Below are positions 57,236-64,000 of a stretch of DNA of 64,000 nt, one piece after another. The position numbers and the translations under genes were made by a program. Below the pieces are notes generated by a model. The model searched no databases. It was given only the letters and a program-made list of their open reading frames with translations, and was not told the DNA's origin. The first letter of the stretch is position 1. Each line of letters begins with the position of its first letter. The stretch covers positions 9,197,865 to 9,261,864 of the forward strand of contig CAJINV010000001.1 of NCBI GenBank assembly GCA_905178155.1, written 5' to 3'. Source of the stretch: Amoebophrya sp. A120 (Eukaryota > Protista > Dinoflagellata).

Positions 57236-60200
57236 ATGCCGGCTGCGCAGCAATTTTCGCTGACCAGCGAGGCTGACCTGGCCAAGGCGGATGAGCACCT
57301 GCGCAAAGTCTCGTACGTCGAGGGCGGTGCCAGCTGGACCAAGACGGATTTGAAGCACTTCGAAACCGCGAAAAAAATCATGACAGCGGAGAAGGTCAAA
57401 GAGCAATATCCCTCCGTGTCCCGATGGTTCCGACACATGCAGTACCAGGTAGAGGAGACCGAGTCTGTTTCTGTTGGCTCTCTGTCCGGAACCTCTTCCC
57501 TCTTCGCCGCGCAAAAGTTGTCGGAAAACCCGAAGGGCAGCTGCAGTCCACCTGAGCCGAGCACCAGCTCAACGTCGGCAAAGCAGGGAGGTGGTGCGCA
57601 GATAAATGGGAGGAAAAATAATAAAGACCAACAGTCGCAGAAAGCCGCGCCATCTTCCGCAGGGCCGGCCGCCGCCGCAAAGCCCGCTTACGTCAAAGGG
57701 TCGAACGTGAAGGAGGTTGACTGCAAGGTCGTGCCCATGGCGGACCGGCAGAAGCGACTCCCGCAAAACCCGAGCAAGGGCCTGGCCGCGGCGAACCTGC
57801 CCACCAGCAAGGGGAAGGAAACGTATCAAATGTAAAAATGTCTGGGTCTGGAAGAATGCGCGACTTGTCATGCACCTTTTCCATGACACGCGAGGTCTGG
57901 AATGCAGGACCTAGCATGACAGATTCTGTGCGATCTTTCTCATGCCTATCCTGCATGAGAAACTGCCTCCCGACTTGGTCAAAACTGGACGACTTTTGGT
58001 AATCATGCAACACAGATTTTTGCATGCTTCAGATTTAGCATGACAAGTTGCATTCTTCCAGACCCAGACATTTTTACATTTGATAAAACGCGGTATTTGA
58101 CCACGGCTATCCACTACACCAACGGCTGGCCGCACGTCGGGCACGCCTACGATATCAAAAGTAAAAATGTCTGGGTCTGGAAACTTGTGATGCTGGGTGG
58201 CGTCTCGTGATGAGGCTACAAATGCTGGCTCAGCATGACAAGTTTCTGAGCTCCTAGGTGTTGCCTATTCTGCATGACAAACTGCGCTTCTGCATCACAG
58301 AGAAACGGAGCTCTTGGATAACGTGCATGACAGATTTAAGAGTCATGCCAGACAAGCATGACAAACGTGAATTCTTCCAGACCCAGACATTTTTACATTT
58401 GATATACGAGACCATCCAGGCGGATTGTCTCGCGCGGTACTTTCGCCTGAACAACTACGACACGTTTTTCCAGACCGGGACCGACGAGCACGGACAAAAG
58501 ATTGCCGAGGCCGCCACGGCGCAGGGAATGGCCAAGCCAAAAGACTTGTGCGACTACTACTGCCAGGGCTTCGAGGGGCTGTTTGGCCGCACGGAGGTGT
58601 CCGAGGATCAGTTCATCCGCACGTCGTCCCCCGAGCACTACAAAATCGTACAGGACTTGTGGAAGAAGGTCAGCGACAAGGGAGACATTTACTTGGCGGA
58701 GTACGAAGGCTGGTACATGGTGCGCGAGGAAAAATTCGTCACGGATCAAGAGGCGGAAGAGTGGAAATTTTTGGATCCGGTCAATGGCAAGCCGCTGCAA
58801 CGTATTTTTTACAAAATGCTTCGCTTTAGTTCCTTTTTTTTTCTCTAGTGTAGTAGCTAGGATTTCGCACTGGAACTCGATCATCGGTCGTTGCACGAGG
58901 CCTATGATAGATATGTATACCTATGTTTCGAAGTGCATGTTGCGACCACAACATGAATCCACAGGTATGAAGGAACCCTCGTACTTTTTCCGTATGTCCA
59001 AGTACAAGGATTTCATTCGGGAGAAGCTTTCCGAGCCCGGCTGGTGCAAGCCGGACAACTACCGGAAGGAAATGCTTGCCCGGCTAGACGACATGGAGGC
59101 CAAGGGGGGTTTGCGCGATCTGTCCATCTCCCGCGCGAACTTCGACTGGGGTATTCCGGTGCCGGAGAAGGTCGGGCCGGACGGCAAGAAGCACGTGATG
59201 TACGTGTGGTTTGATGCCTTGACGAACTACTACTCCGGCGTCAGTTTCAATCCCGCAAACAGTAAGTACTGGCCGGCAAACATGCACGTGATTGGGAAGG
59301 ACATCATCTGGTTTCACACCGCAATCTGGGGCTCCATGCTGAAATCCGCGGAGCTCCCATTGCCAAAGCAGGTAGTGGTCCACGGATTCGTAAACGACGC
59401 CGAGGGAAAAAAGATGAGCAAGTCTGAAGGTAATTTGGGGGTTTCTCTTTCCACTCCTCTTTTTCAACAATTGGTCTGAATGTTTTCGTGTCTCGTCTGG
59501 TGCTACTGGTATTGGTCATGACATTGACAACTGCACCCATAGCTGCACAAAAAAAGTTTACGCCACACGATGCCTACAGGTAACGTTGTGAATCCGCACG
59601 ATATTTGCGACTGGTGCAGTCCGGACACCCTCAGATGGTACCTGATTCGGGAGGCCCACTGGGGAAACGACCTGCCGTTTTCGGTCAAGAGCCTGAAGCT
59701 CATGCACAACGCAGGTAAGAAAGAGAAAGTAGGAAGGTTGATTGGGGTTATCTGCAACCGGATGTGATCATCATTTCTTTCTTCTTTGGAAGTAGCCCTT
59801 TCCTTCACATTTTGACCCTGCGTAGTAGTGCACGAAAATTGTTGATGAAAACTAACACCTCCACATACGGTACCAGATCTTTGCGACAACTTGGGCAACC
59901 TGGTAAACCGCGCCGTGTCCCTGTGCAAGGGCGCCGTCCCGGCCGTGTCCGATGCGATCATCAAAGAATGTGGGTTGCCATTTGACGTTGCGGAGTTGCG
60001 AAAGAAGTTCTGCGAGGCCTTCGAGGACTGCCGCACCGGTGAGACCGCCGAAATGGCCCGCATCGCGGCGGCGGAAACGAACAAGTGGTTGGCGGATCTG
60101 GAACCCTGGAAGATGAACAAACAGGACCCGGTGAAAGCTGCCGGCGTAGTACGCATCTGCCTCGAGGCCGTCTATGTCCTGGCGCACTTCTTCGCCCCAT

Positions 60201-61364
60201 TCATCCCGCGCGCGGCCGAAGCGATCGTGATCGAAAAGTTGCAACAAAAGAACGCGGTGGCGTACGGCGATCTCAAGCCGTTAGGGCAAAATCTGAAGGA
60301 GGGAGCGCCGGTGGGAAGTACGAGCATTTTGTTCCAATCGTTCTCCGCAGAACAGATCGAAATCATGACCACGACCATGAGTCTGGAACAGCCGGCACCG
60401 GTCGCAAAGGCCGCAGCAGCACCGGCGGTGGCAAAGGCACAGCCGAAGCAGGGTGGAAAAGGAGGTATAAAACATAAATTTTCTGGGTTTTTCTCTTTTG
60501 AAGATGGTATGACGAGTTTGTGATAATTGCGCCTGCTGCAGCTTATTGATACAGAGTGGCTGGTTTACGAGACCCGTGCGTACTTTTTTGTTTCGCAATG
60601 CGGGTCGTTATTAATGGAATTTCGAAATTTCAGGTGACAACGCTGCGAAGGAAAAGAAGCCGAAGGAGAAGAAAGCTGCTGGTCCCGCCGCTCCGGCTTT
60701 GGACATGGACCAACCTTTGTACAGCCGCTTGGACCTGCGGGTGGGAAAGATTGTCGAAGTTGAGAATCATCCGGACGCAGAGCGCCTATACGTCGAAAAA
60801 ATCGATGTTGGCGAGGCGGAGCCCAGGACGATTATTTCTGGTACGCGAGTTTTGTGGTTTGGGACAGATTCTCATTCCAAGTCTTGCTATGGGGTTTCGT
60901 TCACACCGACACTGCATAAAGATTAGACGCGGATGATGAAGTACTTCTTCGTCCTAAAAAATCGTTTATTCTCTGTACTACACAACAATCCAGGTTTGCG
61001 CGAGCACTACACTTTGGAAGAGATGAAAGGGCGACAGATCGTGACCATTTGCAACCTGAAACCGGCGAAGATGCGGGGTATCACCTCCCACGGTATGGTT
61101 CTCTGCGCGAAAACCGAAGACGGCAAGGTGCAGTTTGCCGCGTTGCCGAAGGACTGCAAACCGGGCGACCACATCCTCGTCGAGGGCGATTCCGCTGAGC
61201 GGAAGCCGTGGGACGGCAAGCAGGTCGACAAGCACCAGGTCTGGGCCGACGCTTCCAAGCTGATGCGCACGGACGGGGCTGGCGTCCCGTGCTTCGACGG
61301 CAACCCGCTCGTCGTGAACGGTCAGAGGCTCTCCTCGGACTTTAAGAATGCCATTTTGTCCTAG
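57236..61364 (+). CDS. MARS: Methionyl-tRNA synthetase with N-terminal GST-like/EF1B-like domain and C-terminal EMAPII-like tRNA-binding domain
   Basis: Exons 57236-57823, 58091-58152, 58410-58801, 58965-59429, 59580-59714, 59877-60464, 60634-60840, 60994-61364. [69 protein letters not shown]. Confidence 0.93.
57824..58085. mobile_element. Introner family A, 262 bp, TSD AAACG
   Basis: Perfect TIR of at least 30 bp, TATCAAATGTAAAAATGTCTGGGTCTGGAA. AAACG at 57819-57823 and 58086-58090. Removal gives [12 protein letters not shown]. Confidence 0.95.
58153..58404. mobile_element. Introner family A, 252 bp, TSD TACGA
   Basis: TIRs as family A. TACGA at 58148-58152 and 58405-58409. Removal gives HVGHAYE-TIQAD. 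Confidence 0.95.
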
Positions 61365-62093
61365 ATCGAACCGCATTTGTCACCATAACAAGCAATCGGA
61401 TTTAGAGTAAACAGCGATTGTGTGTTGATGTGTGGAAAAATATGCAGGGACTAGAGGCAGGCATTTGGATGAACTTGCACTAGTAGTTGTTTCCAGTTAA
61501 CATCATGAAAAATTCGCGCAAAAAAGCTAAAAACTGAAATATGTTGTTGTCTCACTCTTGGGTCGGGTCTACCGACACCAAAAGATTTCGATAGCACTAA
61601 GGACGAACATCATCATGGTGCCGCCACGGTGAAAATGCGTGCCATGGATGCAGCTACGGATCTTGAGTATCTTACATGAAGTTTGTTCATCTGTCGTGGT
61701 AGATTGATGTGAAGGAACGATGACGCATGATCTAGCTTCTTGCTACGAGGATCGGAGCTTTGATTTTGTGATCTTGAAACAAGCTATGCAGCCCTAAGTT
61801 AGGAAGGTGCTTCGTGTGCTACGTAACAAGTACTGGTCTTTAGGAGATGCAACTTTGCCATTGTCGATCTTTTGCTTCTTCTATTTCTTTCCAGGGAGCG
61901 ATAATTTATTTTCATCAGGATCAGTAATTTTCACGATCTGGATCTTTAACGATTGACTCATTGCATATATCTTACGGCTGGTATTAATTTCACGATTGTT
62001 TTTGGTTTAGTGTAAAAATAGTGGTCGGAGCATCGTTATCGTATTTTATTCTTTGTAAACAAAATTTAGCATTTTTTCCACTACAAAAACGAA

Positions 62094-64000
62094 ATGTCGA
62101 TACAAATTTCTCATTTTTTTACGAGCGCAGCGTTGCTCGCGCGCACCATGGTGCTTCTCGGCGTGTGGACATCAACTTTCCAGATTTTTGAGAGTGTGCA
62201 GGGAGCTACTACTTCGGGTCGTGAAGCATCTGCATCATTATTGCGTGCAGACTTGTTTCCCGAGAGTGCTCCACCTCCAAATCAAGGTACTCCCCCGCAA
62301 AACCGACCGGTGAGCATGTTGTCGACTGCGGCGAGTAGTTTTTCTCACCATGATCACTTTACTACCGGCAGGGCAGAGGGTCTCCTTTTATCGCCAGTTG
62401 AGGCAGAAATCAAAGTGGACGTCCCTGCGACGGAAATAGATCTGTCGACTTCCGACGACCGGCTTTTGACCTTGGGCAAACCGATCTTCCGCCGGCCCGG
62501 TACCATGCAGCGGACCGAACTGCAGGAGCGTCGACAAGCAAGGTTGCCGTTCGGGTATCGCGACATCCTAGAAACGTACGACTCGGTGCCGGTGGAAGTT
62601 GAAAACACAGGTGCTGGGCTGCCGGCGTGGTTGTTTCGCGAGGGGACCTTCTACAAGCAGAGCGGCGGGGCCTTCGACTTGCCGGATGATTTTTTCAAAA
62701 GCACGAGCAGTCAATCCTCATCGGTCATTGCGTCAAATGAGCAAAAAAGAAGCTTTTCCGTCGGCCCCGCTGCTGTAGGGGGTGAAAACTGTAGCGGTGG
62801 TCCCCTGAGTTCCCGCTCAGTTAGTTGCCCACCAGAACAGGCTAGCAGGGTCGTGGAAGGAGGTCTGGGCATGGGACGACCGCAGCAAAACGGAGCTTCC
62901 TCGTCTGGGGATACGTCGCAACCACCACCACAGGGCGATGCTCTTGCAAGTAACCCGAAGAACATGCAGTTCCTCGATGGTCTCGCCCACGTGGTTGCAT
63001 GGCGGTTCACTTTCGACCGACAGACCGGACGGCCCGTCGTGCTGTTTTCGAACGGATTTCCGGAAACGGACGCGTACAAGCTGTATGTGAAATCCCAGGG
63101 CAAAGATCGCCGCTTCGCCGGGACAGCCGGCCTGAAGGGTGAGTACATGTTCAACCCAAATGTGAACTTCCAGCGTTGCGAATCGGGCCTGATCGCCCCT
63201 TGCTTAATCGAGGCGCCGCTACAGACCCGCATGGTCTGCATGGATCCAGAGACGTTGCAAACGAAAGATGTCGCTGGGAGATCTCGCGACTTCAACCTGT
63301 TGCTTCAGTCTGCACGGGACTGGACCGCGCAAGGCCGCGCCGAGGCGGATCGGTGTGAGCAAGTGGTTCCTCCGATCGACAACTTTCCGCACGACAGGGT
63401 AGATCCGGTGGGACGCAGTCAGTCCAGCTCGATTCTGGTTGCCGAAGAGGTTTCGAGGGCGACGGACCAACAGCCCGCGACGTACCGAATCAGTAGCGCC
63501 CCGCTGCTGCAGCGACAGCGCGACATAATCGCCTCTTGGGAGCAGCCGAATCGGGAACTTCTGCGGACGGAAACTAACAGTTTGAGACAACTGCGGACAA
63601 ATGCGTCCAGGCCCGACGAGCCGTGCGTCGAAACTGCCAGCGCCAACGCAGGCTTGAGCAGAGCCTGGTGTTTGCTGCGTTTGATCGGCATCAGGCCACG
63701 AGAACGTGACCCTGAGCAGCATCGCCAGCAGCAGGTGAGAGCGGCAGCGAAACAGGGGAAATACGCGAAAGATTTGGTTTTTCTCGCGTCGCATCAACTC
63801 GAGGTCGCTTCCCGTCGGAACTACCACGGCGGGTTCTATTTCCGACCGGGAAAAGAATGCCAAATGGGGTACCGGGTGTACCGCCTCTGCCACGATGAGC
63901 CGGAAACCGTGACGACGTTTACGGACCACAACGGCGTGCCGCAGCCCCCGGAGAACCACCGGGCTAACCGGCACACAACGAGTTCGAACCGGTGCTGCCA
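62094..64000 (+). CDS. Carotenoid oxygenase / RPE65-family protein (3'-partial)
   Basis: Manual translation is open from ATG 62094 towards the window end: GLPAWLFREGTFYKQSGGAF, FLDGLAHVVAWRF, FSNGFPETDAY, NPNVNF, MDPETLQT, LASHQ. Absent from the ORF track because no stop lies in the window. Confidence 0.7.
   Translation, partial: MSIQISHFFTSAALLARTMVLLGVWTSTFQIFESVQGATTSGREASASLLRADLFPESAPPPNQGTPPQNRPVSMLSTAASSFSHHDHFTTGRAEGLLLSPVEAEIKVDVPATEIDLSTSDDRLLTLGKPIFRRPGTMQRTELQERRQARLPFGYRDILETYDSVPVEVENTGAGLPAWLFREGTFYKQSGGAFDLPDDFFKSTSSQSSSVIASNEQKRSFSVGPAAVGGENCSGGPLSSRSVSCPPEQASRVVEGGLGMGRPQQNGASSSGDTSQPPPQGDALASNPKNMQFLDGLAHVVAWRFTFDRQTGRPVVLFSNGFPETDAYKLYVKSQGKDRRFAGTAGLKGEYMFNPNVNFQRCESGLIAPCLIEAPLQTRMVCMDPETLQTKDVAGRSRDFNLLLQSARDWTAQGRAEADRCEQVVPPIDNFPHDRVDPVGRSQSSSILVAEEVSRATDQQPATYRISSAPLLQRQRDIIASWEQPNRELLRTETNSLRQLRTNASRPDEPCVETASANAGLSRAWCLLRLIGIRPRERDPEQHRQQQVRAAAKQGKYAKDLVFLASHQLEVASRRNYHGGFYFRPGKECQMGYRVYRLCHDEPETVTTFTDHNGVPQPPENHRANRHTTSSNRCC

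Noticed and set aside
6508-58404. 30-bp repeats as a possible CRISPR array
   Set aside because: The repeats are dispersed inverted pairs with TSDs in a eukaryotic intron context. There are no regularly spaced direct repeats and no cas genes.
51371-61364. Genome-wide stop-codon reassignment
   Set aside because: HSP90, MetRS, HGD and the ATPase exons have no in-frame stops and end at TAA, TAG or TGA at the expected positions.

Overview
Eukaryotic, gene-dense window. About 22 protein-coding genes are all on the + strand. The gene set (cytosolic HSP90, CDPK), the unidirectional layout and the many non-GT-AG introns bounded by inverted repeats and short direct repeats suggest a syndinian dinoflagellate of the Amoebophrya type (inference). 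Recognisable genes: Nup85-like, SDR, P5-type ATPase, HPPD-like, renalase-like oxidoreductase, three H1-like K/A-rich paralogs, CDPK, SWEET-like transporter, HGD, HSP90, lipocalin, MetRS and a partial carotenoid oxygenase. Main signal: ten MITE-like elements (four terminal-inverted-repeat families, all with 5-bp target-site duplications). Nine interrupt coding sequence, including both sides of the MetRS HIGH motif, and removing element plus one TSD restores the frame every time, with no GT-AG register available. Four further introns restore the frame only as T...AG (one G short of GT-AG), and several GT-AG introns keep decayed terminal inverted repeats, suggesting a transposon-to-canonical-intron series. 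Also seen: a tandem H/ACA-like snoRNA pair in an HSP90 intron, an intronic C/D snoRNA cluster, and a paralogous pair of candidate RNA-binding proteins, one with an RS tail. All splice models are by-eye inferences without transcript data.
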